Below, piece by piece: positions 35,345 through 48,381 of a DNA stretch of 51,806 nucleotides (its first letter is position 1; each line of letters begins with the position of its first letter). The translations under genes were made by a program, and so were the position numbers. The stretch spans positions 1-51,806 of the forward strand of contig MQRK01246028.1 of NCBI GenBank assembly GCA_001938485.1, in the 5' to 3' direction. The notes beneath the pieces were generated by a model. It did no database searches. It worked only from the letters and a program-made list of their open reading frames with translations, and had not been told where the DNA came from. Source of the DNA: Girardia tigrina. Lineage: Eukaryota.

Positions 35345-35659
35345 ATTGAGGGATCCGGTATATGTTAGAAAGAGCAAATTTAGCTATTGTTGAGGTTTTT
35401 AAAAAAAATTTTTTATTGAAGCTTAAAGCTCCTATTTCGGTCATCCCAGGGGATGAGGAACTATTTCCCCTCATTCCCTGAGATGGCTCCGAATTTTGGG
35501 AGCCTATAATTTTACCTGTAAATTATAATAAAAAAAATAATAAATAAAAAAATATATATTTATAAAATTAAATATATAAAAAAAATAACTACAAAAAAAT
35601 CTAACCTTTCAAAATTTGTAAATAATGAAAATTGTGGGAAATATTTCCCTTTTTGTTGC

Positions 35660-35905
35660 TTCGGCCTATCAGCCGACCAATGGAAATTGGCATTAGGCCA
35701 TTGGTCGGTAGGCTCATTAAAAAATCGAATGCCTTAATGACATAATTTGATTTATTTACGGCTTTAATGGCCTAGTGGAAAATTCACGGCCTTAATGGCC
35801 TTTGGTGATTTACGGCCTTAATGGCCTTTATTCCTTTTTAAAAAAAGAATTCTTTTTAATTAAAATAGTTATTTTATATATATGTAGCTCTAGTATAAAT
35901 AGAGC
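35660..35905 (+). promoter_or_regulatory. Hairpin + repeated GGCCTTAATGGCC motifs + TATA-containing mini-hairpin
   Basis: CCGACCAATGG/CCATTGGTCGG inverted repeat (~35673-35707). Three ACGGC(C/T)TTAATGGCCT copies (35758-35827). GCTCTA-GTATAAA-TAGAGC (35887-35905). Confidence 0.6.
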
Positions 35906-36049
35906 AATATTTTTATATATAAAAAAAGAAGGAAAATTAAAAAAGTAAAAATTTTGAAAATCAAAAAAAATAAATTCCTGTATAGAATCTGAGAATCAAT
36001 TTAATATATTCTAAGCTGTATAGCATCTTATAATCTCGCCTCCAATCAT

Positions 36050-36520
36050 TCAAAGTTGTACAAACCTTTGCTCAAGATTGTAATTGTATATTGAAATAAA
36101 CGATTATCGAAGAAACTTTGTTATTTATTGGAGTCAAAGAGTTCATCGAGTTTAGACGTTGGGTCAGATAATTGAGCGCCGAACACCAAACAAATCCTTC
36201 TGATTTTTGTGTTCAAAATCAAATTTAAATTAAATACCCAACACTATCATGTAAAGGACATTAGTGATCGCAATAATGATCTTTTGAATATTGCCCTACA
36301 AGTTGGAACAAGACCAGATGGGAAGCTGAGTGAACATAGAGAACAATATTTTCGATCAGATGATGGATTAAAATTCAGAGATTTTATGGGTCATGAAAAA
36401 CCAACAATGGAATTGTCTAATTATACTATGGCATTTATCAAAATATGCATACAAGGAAGAAAAGAAAGAAATGGTGAAAATTATCCAATATGGAAATTGT
36501 CAGAAATTCGTTGTATTTAA
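36050..36520 (+). pseudogene. Degenerate small gene; C-terminus reminiscent of viral OB-fold ssDNA-binding proteins
   Basis: ORF 36209-36520 ends AFIKICIQGRKERNGENYPIWKLSEIRCI. A protein-like upstream frame (LLFIGVKEFIEFRRWVR) is interrupted by stops/frameshift. AATAAA at 36539. Confidence 0.3.
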
Positions 36521-39500
36521 TTGTTGTATTGTTGTGTTAATAAATCTTGTAATAATTTAGTTCATAATTAACCCGAATTGGCCAGAGGAAAAACTTGATG
36601 CGATACATCGATATTTAATTTCAAGGATAAGACATGATAAAAAACGATATTAATGCAAGTAAAAAATTAGTACCTGCAAAACAGTACCAATTTAATGTAG
36701 ATTACTAGTTCTTATTATTTATTTGTTTAAATGTTATAATTTATATTACATAAAGTCAAGGGCGGATCCAGGACACAAACTGTTAATGAACCGAGTTTTG
36801 ACTACAAAATGTGTTAAAATAAATAAAATGGTATGACATTAGGTAACATGTTATATTAAATAAAAACAATCAAACTAACGGAAGGATAAAAATGAGTAGA
36901 CTCAATCACAATAACATGAATATCTAAAGGTCATTGGGAAGATGCTCCGAACAGAACGAAAATAAAATAAATTACTTTGTCCAGGGGGGTTTAGAAATGG
37001 ATTGTTTTACTTTTGGATCATACTTTTTGGATTTAATTTTTGATATATGAATTCCGACAATTAAGTCTAAGTTGAAAAATTAGTTAAGGAGACGATTATT
37101 CGAAAGCCGATGTTTCTTGATATTAAAAATAATGTTTTGTAAAAAAATTAGATTCTTGATTAGTTTTGAGTTTCATTGGAAATTTGATCGGGAACTTGAA
37201 CTTCTTAAGATCACAATGAAATTTACATTCGTTATCACAAAGAAAATATTCGTGGTAAATAATTATTCTTCTTTTTTAATTTACTTTTATTGATTTATAA
37301 TTCTTTAATTATAATTTCTGATTATTATAATTATATTTTATACTTTCTGATGCGAGGGTGGGAAAGATTTCCTTGATAATTCTTTCTTTTACTTCATTAT
37401 TTCTTTCTTTTCCTTTCACCCTTTAGATCATTAACATACACCAAAAAGAAATAAATGAATAAATATATAAAAAAATTCACATCTACCAGTAAAAATAAAA
37501 AAAATAAAAATTTACTTTTACATATATATATATATATAGTATTATATTAAATATTAGAAGTAAACATTGTAAACTGAAGCCTATCGATCTTAAAATTTAG
37601 TTAAAAGAAATTTTTGAAAATAACAATCAAATAAGTGAATTAAATAGATTTTAAAACATATATTATATTTCGTTATATATCATCAAAATGGTGATTTCCA
37701 TACACTTGCTATTTGATCGTGTCATCAATTTGTTCTCAATTCATTTTAAATTTCTATATTGTAATTGTTTTACATTTAAATAAATATTTTAATCAAAAAG
37801 AGGTCGTTAATATTTTATTTTTTCTTAGCAACGTTTCACATACATAAAAAGTAATCCCACAATTTTTTTGTGATTTTATAATGTTATTATTCCAATTGAT
37901 ATTCCATACGATATACTAGAAAAGTTTGATCAAAATGGGATAATGGATTTAAAGTTTGATAAATGCTGTTAAAATAAAGTTTCACTGAAAGATTGATACT
38001 AATTAGATCAAGAATCGGGATTAAAATATTTGATCGACTATTGCTGCTATTAAGCCATCCGACCAGATGGAAAGCAACAAACTATTGTTAAATAATACAA
38101 ATAATTTCTATATTGTAGGTTTTTTAAATAAAATTAGTATAAAAGTTTTATTTTTTATAATTTTTGTCAAGTTAAGTTGTACTTATCAAATTTAAAAAAC
38201 TGTTTAGACATGTCAGATTAATTATCTTTTGTTACCAAGAACACCTATAAAACTATCATTAAAACTTCATCCAACAGTAATCACCCGAGGATTGCGAATT
38301 TCCAGGTCAAGACAAGACTAAAAAAATCAGGGTACCGATTTTCTCACAAGAAAATATCTCAATTGACAGTATCCAAGGATCAAAATCAATTAAGTTTCTT
38401 TTTTAATTAATTAATATTATAAATTATAATTATAAACTTCATATTTGACGATAAACTTTCATGGCCGGTAAAAAAGATAATTACTATTTCTGTGGTAAAT
38501 CAAGCGAATTAAACGGAAACCAAGAAAATTGAACAAGTCACGAGACAGCACGGATTGATAAAAAAACTATTATTTCCGACCGAAATAAGACAATAATGAC
38601 TGGTGTACAACCGACGACTTTTATAGAATCAACACGACTTGTTAATGGTAATGACTAATGAGAGAATTTTGTTTCTTCGATGTTCCATAAATTAAAATTA
38701 TTCTCTTAATAAATATTTGTTTGTTTAATACTTTCTTCTTTAATTAATTAATATTATAAATTATAATTATAAACTTTTATTTTTCGTTCTGAGATTCTGT
38801 GAGTTTTTTCGCTCGCCTCAATGCCGGCACAATGAATAGGCCAGAGACCGAGTTGAAGAAAGTTTTATTATTAATTTAAAGAAACAAGATTTTTAATTTT
38901 TTTCAAAAATAAAACGATGTTACTTAAAGATGTATCATAATAGAAAATTATCAATCCCGATTAAATACTAAAATTCAATGTTCATCATCAATAAAGTTTA
39001 TAAAATTATGATAATTATACTCAAAAATGAAATATTTTTAGATATTTTCAAACTTTCAAGGTATGTTCAAAAACAAGACAATATTTCATTTCATAAAATT
39101 TTTTTCAAAAATAATTAAAGAATTGAAAATTTTTCTCTTTATTTGATAATACCTTTGTCATGATTTGCTTTTAAAAACAAATGATTGATTTTAATGTCCA
39201 GGGTTATTTTACTCATTCCTATAATCTCTTGTGGGAAAAAACTACTTTCCAGCGGTTTTAGATGTGGATACATAGCTTCGACGACCGGGCTAACTGAACA
39301 GGGCACCGAGCTATTTAGTCAAAAATTTTTGAACAGGTACAATTTTTTTGGGATTTCCTAGTGATCCTAAAGTTTGAGAACATAGAAAGACATAAAAATA
39401 TTCCACTTAATCGAGCGGTTATTTAACCACATTGGCCGGTCCGATTAGGCAACTTGTGAAGGCCGAGTTATGAAACGAAAATTGATAATGTAAATCGATT

Positions 39501-39599
39501 ATAAATTGGAAATTGTGATCCATTGAAAGTCAAACTCCAGAAATCTGCACAGTTCTACCGATAATTATATCGTATTTCAAATGGGAGTCTGATCAGTAT

Positions 39600-40506
39600 A
39601 AAACCAGTAGAATTCCCCCCAGACAAAATTTCAGTTGATCTTTGTGGTTGAGGTGCTGGCACCCGGGCTGAGCAATGGTGGCCAGCACCTCATTATTGTG
39701 CGGGAAGTTGCTGAGCGAAGAAATCGAACTTTCGGTTGAGTGGGTGCCATGAACCGGTCGATAGACACCGATCGGCGCGTCGATACGTTTAAATTTTCAC
39801 CCCGTCGGTGAAGGCTTCTCGACTCGTTTCTCCGGCTCTGTTGCGGTCGATGCCGCTCGGAATGGCGGTTAGTGAGACCGGCTCGTCGGTAAATGACCCG
39901 AATGCGAAGCCAATGGGATCGCGTAGATCTCCGAAATGACGCATGATGCTTTGCGTTATTATTTTTAATTATTTCAAATTAGGAAACAGACATGGTCGAG
40001 AAGAAATGTATTTATTTAATTAAATTCAAAATTGTGTGTGTGGTGCTCCGGTCAAACGAGCGAAATAAAAAAATGGATTTTTTTGTGTTTAAATTAACTT
40101 ATGTAATAATAGTCATGTGCACAAAATTTGAATTCGATTTGCGAATAATACAAAATAAATAGTTATTTCTTGTCCCACATATTATCTTATTCTTTTAATT
40201 CGAATTTTAAAAAATGAAAGCGATCCGCATCGCCGTACCACACACCCAGCCGCCTCACACATCTCGGCGGCGCACGGCGGAGCTCCGCGACCGCATCAAT
40301 ACAACATCTGGGCCGCGGATTGATTAGCCGACAAGACAATCTGCCGCTTCAAGCGGATCCGGCGGTCACTGGGCCAGTAACGTGGTACGGGAAGCTGCGG
40401 CCGACCGAATGGGGGTTCCTTACTCGACAAGGCATCCTGCTGGGAGAAACTCGGTCCGATCGGTTACCGGCGTCCACCGAACTGGCCGATCAATCCCATC
40501 GTAACA
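39600..40506 (-). mobile_element. GC-rich LTR-like segment abutting and truncating the hAT transposase (left boundary uncertain)
   Basis: Ends ...CGTAACA (TGTTACG on the minus strand) exactly where Buster-type coding sequence begins. Two GC-rich hairpin-dense blocks. Confidence 0.55.
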
Positions 40507-42470
40507 AATATTTTGTGTAACAAAATCTTAAGCAATGATGCTATGAAACCATCCAAACTGGAGGATCATCTGAGAAGATGCCACCCTGATAAAACATGTA
40601 AAGATTTATTATACTTTACAAATCTGAAAGAAAAATTTCAGAAGAGAAGTACGATGGACAACATGCTCGTTTCAACTTCAAGAGACAATGACGGTTTGCT
40701 AGCATCTTATAATATCTCACTACTCATAGCAAAATCAGGAAAACCTCATACTATCGGGGAACAGCTGATTCTGCCAGCTGTTAAAGAGGTTTTAAAAACT
40801 GTTCTACACCAGTCTGCGCATGATATACTCAAAAGAATTCCTTTGAGCAACAACACAGTTCAAAGACGTATTGATGAAATGAGGATGATGTTGAAGATTT
40901 CTTATTTACTTACCTACAAACGAATCATTTCTCAATTCAGTTAGACGAGTCAACTTTGCCTGGTAATGAAGCACTATTATTGACATATGTTCGTTTTATT
41001 ATTAACCAAGAAATTCAAGAAGAACTTCTTTTTGCGAGGACTTTGACGACAGACACTAAAGGCGAAACAATATTCAATGTTCTGAAAGATTATTTGAGGA
41101 TAAAATCGATCCCTTTATCAAATATAATATCGGCAGCAGTAGATGGAGCACCAGCCATGTTTGGACGCTATCGCGGTTTTATAAGTTATTTAAAACAAAA
41201 TGTACCTGGGGTGTTTGCAATTCACTGCATCATTCATCGACAACATTTAGTAGCTAAAAATCTGAATGCCAGATTATATGAATCTCTTCAATTCGTCATA
41301 AACGTAGTGAACAAAATACGTGGCAACGCATTAAATTGTAGATTATTTGAGCAATTGTGTCCTGAAAATGACGAGGAATTTAAGAGATTACTCTTCCACA
41401 CTGAAGTGCGCTGGCTTTCTAAAGGATTATGCTTGACAAGATTTTATTCACTTTTTGAAACTGTTTTACAATTTTTGGATACTAAAGATCCCCATTTGAA
41501 AGAGAACTTAATAAGATGTAAAACTGACATTGCTTATTTAACATATTTGTTTACCAAATTTAATGAATTTAACTTGCAGTTACAAGGTGACAATCTGAAT
41601 TTAATAAGAGCAAAGTCTATCATTGCAGCGTTTCTTGGCAGGCTTAAACTAATGGACAGCGTGCATGTGGGCAATTTCCCAAGTTATCGTTGATAAACGT
41701 CCAGGATAATGATGTTTTAGTCTACGTTTAACATTTAAATACCCTTCACACAGACTTTACAACCAGGTTTGAAGATGTTTTGACTATGGAAATATCACCG
41801 TGGATTATCAACCCTTATTGTGACTTTGAAGAAAGGAAGGTCATATTGCAAGAACTAATCTCAATTAGTACTAATGAAGAACTGAAGGTTGAGTTCAAAA
41901 AGGGGTATCAACAATTCTGGTTACAGAAAAGTATAACTGCTGCTTATCATACGTTATGGACTGTGTTAGAAAGTTTTTGATAGCTTTTCCATCTTCATAC
42001 CAAGTGGAAAGAGGTTTTAGCGTGGTTACCAATATGATTACGAAAAATAGAAATAAATTAGAAATCGTTGAACGTGGAGATTTAAGACTCCACCTGACTA
42101 ATTTGAAGCCACGAATTGAAAAATTGGCATCGGAGCATCAGGTTCATCCCTCTCATTAACAGCATTATATGTATATTAATTTTATTTAAGTGACTATTTT
42201 TTTACTTTGTATCGTTCCAAATTCAAATATGTAGTTTAATTCTGTGTTGTCAATAAAATATGAATAAAACTTGTATGTTTTTCATTTTTTCTTATTGCTT
42301 AATATAAATAAATAAATTGATCAATAAACCATAAAGATGGACAGTAATGTATCAGCTGTCAAAAATATATTTGAAGTTATTAAATTTACAAAAGATTTAA
42401 CTGTAGGGGTCTACGGAAAATAAAAATATCGGTAAGTGGTCTACGGGACAAAATAGTTTGGGAAACACCG
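40507..42470 (+). mobile_element. hAT Buster/Charlie-type transposon (ZBED8/SCAND3-like transposase), 5'-truncated, frameshifted, 3' TIR present
   Basis: LCNKILSNDAMKPSKLEDHL, KPHTIGEQLILPA, PLSNNTVQRRI, QLDEST, DGAPAM, HCIIHRQHL, HTEVRWLSKG, FPSSYQVERGFS, RGDLRL. Terminal GTTTGGGAAACACCG at 42456-42470. Confidence 0.95.
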
Positions 42471-43019
42471 ATCTATATTACACAGTTATAAATACAAACA
42501 ATTAAGCAAAAATTAAAAATCGAAATCGACTGATTTTACATTATAATACAGTCGCTTGCAATTAAGAGTTAATAACCTACCTTCGATAATAAATTACATA
42601 TAAAAATTGACAATCTAAAAAAATAACTAATCAGAAGTCATAAAATACTTTTAAACAGACATTAAAAATAATTTATCGCATTTAAGAATATTCTTATTTA
42701 CAGAAAATAAATTTCTAACTCTCAAACACCCAAAACACATACAAATACACATACAAAAAAAACTTCACACCAGATTTTGTAAAATTGAAGAGTGAATCCA
42801 GAGAAACAAATTTAAATTTAAAATATAATCAAAGATTATAAGTTTTCGCCTGTTAGTAGTGCCGATGACATAGAAATAATGTATTTTATTGTTAAATATG
42901 ATATTTTATCAAATAATTATTGCAGCATATCCGAAAACAGCCAAAAAACGGAGCTGTCGCATAAAAAACTCGAAAATCGTAATTTTTATTTTCTATTTAT
43001 AATTGAAATAATAAATTAA

Positions 43020-43860
43020 TTGCAGAATACGTAAAATTGACAAAGAAAGGCTCATTAGAGCCTGCAATATGACAGATAAATATTTGAAATTAGTAAGGTA
43101 GCTGGATATCTCTCAATCAACAACCAAGAAGATCATTTATATATATATATCAATCGGAAAACAAGCAGGACTAAAAAATCCATTATTAACGACGAAATTA
43201 TTCGATATATGAAGGAAACACAAAAATTGGCTTTGGATATATTGAAGAAAACAATGAAATCAATATATCGGAATACATAATTTCCAGATTCATCACTAGT
43301 AAATTAATAACCGTGAAGAAGATCAAAGGCTTCGTCCAAGACAGAAATTCAGATGAAGTGAAGAATTATTGATTTCAATATGCCAGATAATTTATTAAGG
43401 AAGGTTAGCGAATGAGTCAATGTATTGACATTGACAAAATCGGATTCAATCAGCTGATCAGCCTCGAATTCGGTCGTTCAAAGAAAGGTAATCAGTCGAA
43501 TATCGTCATTCCCACAAACATGGTCAAAAATATGTCTCTCATAATGCCAATGGGCAGGAAGGGTCCCATCTGCTATTCAAATTACAGTGTCATTGTGGAT
43601 CATACCAAGTATTAATCATTTATAAACGATTTATCGAGTATCTTTCCTGGGACACCACATTATTTAATCCAGGATAATGCGAGAATCCATTTCAATATTA
43701 CTTCCATTCATGAAATAGAAAATTCGACACCTCATTCATCATTTCACAATGCAATTGACGCAATTTTTGGAAAACTGATGGGGAACGTCAGAACAGAAAT
43801 AACAAATCGTGTAGGTCTCCAGGTACTAAACCATCATTAAAGACTTGTTGTTTTGCAGAA
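43020..43860 (+). pseudogene. IS630/Tc1-type DDE transposase remnant
   Basis: ITVKKIK...RNSDEVK, IDIDKIGFN (cf. IDETGFN), GRSKKG, LIQDNARIH, TPHSSFHNAIDAIF (cf. PYSPFLNPIEEVF). Several stops. Confidence 0.8.
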
Positions 43861-44906
43861 TAAAATCGAGGTTGTGGTGGCAAAAGAAGGAACTGATATA
43901 TGACGAATTAATATAGTCATTCAAATAAATTATTTCTTGACTACCTTATGATGAATGAAATTCACGACGATTGATTGAAAAATGTATTTTATTGCATAAA
44001 AAATTTATTGTTAATAAATATTTTAGAAAAATCTTACTTTTTTTAATTTATAAAACTTATTTATCAAGCTAATTCAGCAAAATTCAAATAACGCTATTTT
44101 TACTTAAATACTGGGTAACTAGGGTTAACTGCATGACACAGTAGGACATTCATTTTAGAATGGCAGTATTAATATAAAGAGGCTAAAAATAAGCATAAAA
44201 AAACTTTAAATACATACAAATTAAATTAAACAACTCTAAATACTTATTTTTTATAGGTAGTGGTAAAAAAAACGTGTCTAATTACCCATTTAAACTTTAA
44301 GTGAAACTATGAAATTAAAAAATGTTTTCAAACTTGTCTTTGCAAATATTTTAAATAATTTATCATTATTTGTCTGAATTTTTAAAAAAAATTAATTTTT
44401 TAAAAAATAATGTTATTATTATTTTTTAAAAATAAAAATAAAAAAACATTTAAAAATTAAGTATTTAAAAAATATTGGCAAAATTATGAAAAAAATCAAT
44501 GATAAATTTATTTATTTAAATCTTTATATTTTTAATGTTTAGTTGTTACTGTAAAAACGCCTTTACGGTGAAAAGCGAGAACTATATCGCTAACTTAAGT
44601 AAATTTAACAAAATAAAACAAAATTTAATATTAAATTTATAATATTTATTTGAATATAAATAAAAATAGAATATTGAAAAGAAGGAAACAACAATGTCAC
44701 AAACAATGAGAGCGATGGGTCAGTATGAGATTGAACTAAAATAAATAAAATTACTCTAGTAGTGTTGTTAGGTTAAGTCGTAAATGAATAATTTTATTTG
44801 AAGATTCTGTAATGAACTTGAGTCTCGATTAATTGTTTTTTTCTTGATAAATGAAATGTTCTTTTCTTCGGAATATAGTTTATTCGAAATTTTCACTCAA
44901 TATGTA

Positions 44907-45046
44907 CAGTAGAACCTGGCTATTCCGGCATGTCAGGTGATTTTAAAATATGTCGGAATAGAGAATCAGAACAAATACCGTGATTGAAAAATGGTAATTT
45001 TCGAACATGCCGGATTACAGAGAGACGGATTAGACAGATTCAACTA
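44907..45046. mobile_element. ~140-bp Tigger/pogo-type MITE
   Basis: Imperfect TIRs CAGTAGAACCTGGCTATTCCG / CGGATTAGACAGATTCAACTA, TA on both sides. Confidence 0.7.
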
Positions 45047-45519
45047 TAATGGTAGATTGGATTTATTTTGGCATGGAGGTGATTATTAATATAAAACACA
45101 ATCTCGAGAATATCAAATTTTTAGTAAGTTTTTAATAATAATCAAATATGATTTTTTATTGATTAATTAAATTTTATATTTCAAATTATAATTTTATATT
45201 CGTTCATATTCCATAGCAAATTATCATTGGTATGGGTTAATTTTAAATACTATAAATATATTATAAAATATATAATAATAAAAATAATAAGGATAATTAA
45301 TGCAATGCATATATACGTGTATACACATATATAAACATAGTAATAACAATGGTGTTATTTTTTTCATGAATTCTTCATTGACGACTGAACAAAAATCATT
45401 CGTCACCAAATTGATTGATATCAGACCACCTGACATACTGTATTGAAAAAGTAAAATTTTAATTTGAATAAATAATTTTCCGCTATTTTTTAATTTTCGG
45501 AATTTACCTACTTTCTTTG

Positions 45520-48381
45520 AATGGATAACGAGACTCCTGATGAGAGTCAAAAAGCCATAATATAGAGAAAGGCAAAAATGTTATCGAGAATGCCAAAAGG
45601 AGAACTTAGAAGAAATTAGACAAGCTAAAAGGCAAAAACAAACGGATTATGAGGCTACGTCGTGACGATGAAAACCCAGAGCAACGTCAAATTCGACTCA
45701 ATGCCCTCGCTCTTGCAAATCGTCTTTTATTTTATTTGCGTCTACTATTGCTGCATGTTAAAGGACCAAAACGTTTTGAAGATATAAGAACACACGAAGG
45801 GATAGTTTATCCATCATTCAAAGCTGCTGCCCTTGCTCATAGATTTCTTAAGTCTGATCAAGAGTACATTCGATGCTTGGAGGAAACCGTTAAATTTCAA
45901 ATTCCACGACAACTTCGCGGCATATTTGCGTGTATTTTATGCTTGTCAACCTGCACAACCTATTGAGCTTCGAGAAAAATTCCAAAAAGATTTTGCGTTC
46001 TATTTCTTACGTTCAATGGATATTCATAATGCTCATAATTATGTATTGCACGCTGTTGAGAATACTTTTAGGTGCATTGAATGAGTTGTCAATATTTTGG
46101 CCTTCCAACACCTCAAGGCAATCCTCCAATTAAAGACTCTCTAAGAAGCATTCATCGCCCAAAGAAATATTGAGAAATTCGACGATAAGCAGCAGGAGGC
46201 TTTTAATGAAATAAGAGATGCTCTAGATTCAATAGTTTCCTATTGTTTTTATCTTGATGGCACATGGGGATCGGGAAAATATTTCTATATACAACGATTT
46301 TATCGTTCGTTAGAGGTCGTGATTAAAAGGCACTTCCATTTGCAACTACAAGGATTGCAGTAACTCTTTTAAAAGAAGGAAGAACGGTTCAAAGTGGATT
46401 CAAGCTTCCTGTACCTCTTGATCAATCAGTCACTTGAATACGACTCGATTCCAAAGAAACTGAACATTTGCGATATGCTGCATTAATTTCGATAGATTTG
46501 ATTACCATGCTCCCGAAGGATGGATTTCGCTGCAGGTTGCTGAAATAAATAATGAAGAATGAAATTCTTTTTGGTGACAAAGTATTTGTTGTTGGTGGTG
46601 ATTTTTGTCAAACACTTCCTGTTGTGTTTCATGACAATCATGCCGAAATTATTGAGCGTTGCTTCAAACCAAGCCCAATATGGCCCAATTTCAAACACCT
46701 GTAACGAACAACAAATACGAGATGCAAAATCAAGAACATAGCGAAATACTGCTTAAAGTAGGCGAAGGAATACATATAAAATTTCCATCTCTTCGCGATT
46801 CTGATCTCTTGCAAATAGCACCGCAGATGATCGAGAATTGTGATCTTATCGATGGAATTTTTGGAGAAAACCTATCAACAATAAGCACCGAAGAATTATC
46901 AAAGAGTAGTTGTCATAGGTAAAAATGCACAAGCGCTTGAAATCAACAGAGAAAAAATTCAGAAATTGCGTGATCGAATTAAAATATACTATAGAGCAGA
47001 TTCAGTTATCTCAGATGATCCTTCAGATGCTCTCAATCTGGGCGATATGTTTGCAATTTGAATCCTAAAAAGGGACTTTGTAATGGTACTCGCATGATAG
47101 TCGAAAACTTTTCACGAAGCACCATTACTGCTCGCATTATCGCTGAATGTAATCGAATAGATTTAATGATTATACTAAGAATTATACTTGCCCCAAGTGA
47201 CAAAAATTTGGTATTCATCCTAAGACGACGACGATTCCCTGTACTCCCAGCATTCGCAATAACAATTAATAAATGTCAAGGGCAAACATATGAAAAAGTT
47301 GGAGTTGATATCGAACAGCCAGTATTCGGACATGGTCAATTATATGTTGTATATTCACGTGCTCGCAATGCTAACAAAATTAAAGTCAAAGTTACACAAT
47401 TACCAAATCACGGAACGTTGATGAAGGATGATCGTGAATTCACACGTAATGCTGTTTTCAATGAGATTTTTCAAATGTAATTCACTGAGCATGGCTGAGC
47501 AATAAAAAAGAATTATGAATGACATTTGAATTTATGAAGAGACATTTGATTTTTGGACATTTGTTTCATTTGTACATAATAGTTTTTCTTTTTCACATAG
47601 GTATCATGCCTAATTCCTTAGTATTAAGTTTAGAAATATGTCTTAAATACTAATTCATTAGTAATGCCCAATATTTTTTATTCTTTCTACTAGATATAAA
47701 TTGACTGTAAAATTTTCGAAAAATTCGAAAACATTAAGTCAGGTTTTTTTAAATTAAAATTCGATACTCAAAGGGTTAAACCATAGAGAACTAATTAAAT
47801 AACTGTTTCGCGAAATTGAAAATTTTAGGAGAATATGTTGAAGTTCATGTTTCAAGTAAGAAATGCTTTGAATTTTATTAATTTGCCTCATCAGATTCTT
47901 CATTTTAAATCAATACATAGCCTTATTACCACATTGGAAAGAAGGGAAGTCACTGCGCATCATTTGATATTGATCATTTAAGCAACTATCGATACATCGG
48001 TAATTCCAATAAAATTCCTTCATTTTTGATTTGAAGCTAATTTAAATCTTGATTAGATGTCTTTAAATATGATGTGGACTTTTTATTATCTGCCAGTGAT
48101 CAAGTTGAATTATGACTTCAAGTATTATGGGATGAAGAATTCGAAACAGATCATATCAACATTTCATTAGAATCTTAATTGGGAATGTTTGATGAAGAAC
48201 AAAATGATGAAGAGCACTTAGAAAAAAATCAAAATCAGGATGATATTGGAAATTATCGTGAATAAATTTGAAGTAATCTTTCTCAAAAATAAGGCATATA
48301 AAATAGCAGTGCATATTTTTACTGTAAAAGTAAAAAATTTACTTTTCACGGGCCATCGTGACGGGCAAAATTTTACTAATA
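45520..48381 (+). mobile_element. Decayed, internally deleted Helitron (Rep-helicase remnant with PIF1 motifs; probable 3' end)
   Basis: FYLRLLLLHVKGPKRFEDIRT, PRQLRGIFACIL, FYLDGTWGSGK, FGDKVFVVGGDFCQTLPV, GLCNGTRMIV, FAITINKCQGQT, FGHGQLYV.YSR. Small hairpin CACG-GGCCAT-CGTG then ...ACTAAT at ~48347-48381, resembling a Helitron 3' terminus. Confidence 0.92.

Noticed and set aside
34510-35503. Selenoprotein idea: in-frame TGA codons in the ankyrin gene plus a downstream ATGA-containing hairpin
   Set aside because: The TGAs are not at Cys-equivalent positions, the hairpin lacks SECIS helix-II length and the apical AA, and the gene is already disrupted by an insertion.
38403-38777. ~37-bp direct repeat TTAATTAATTAATATTATAAATTATAATTATAAACTT at ~38403 and ~38741
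   Set aside because: Low-complexity AT sequence, probably a local duplication. No element ends were identified between the copies.
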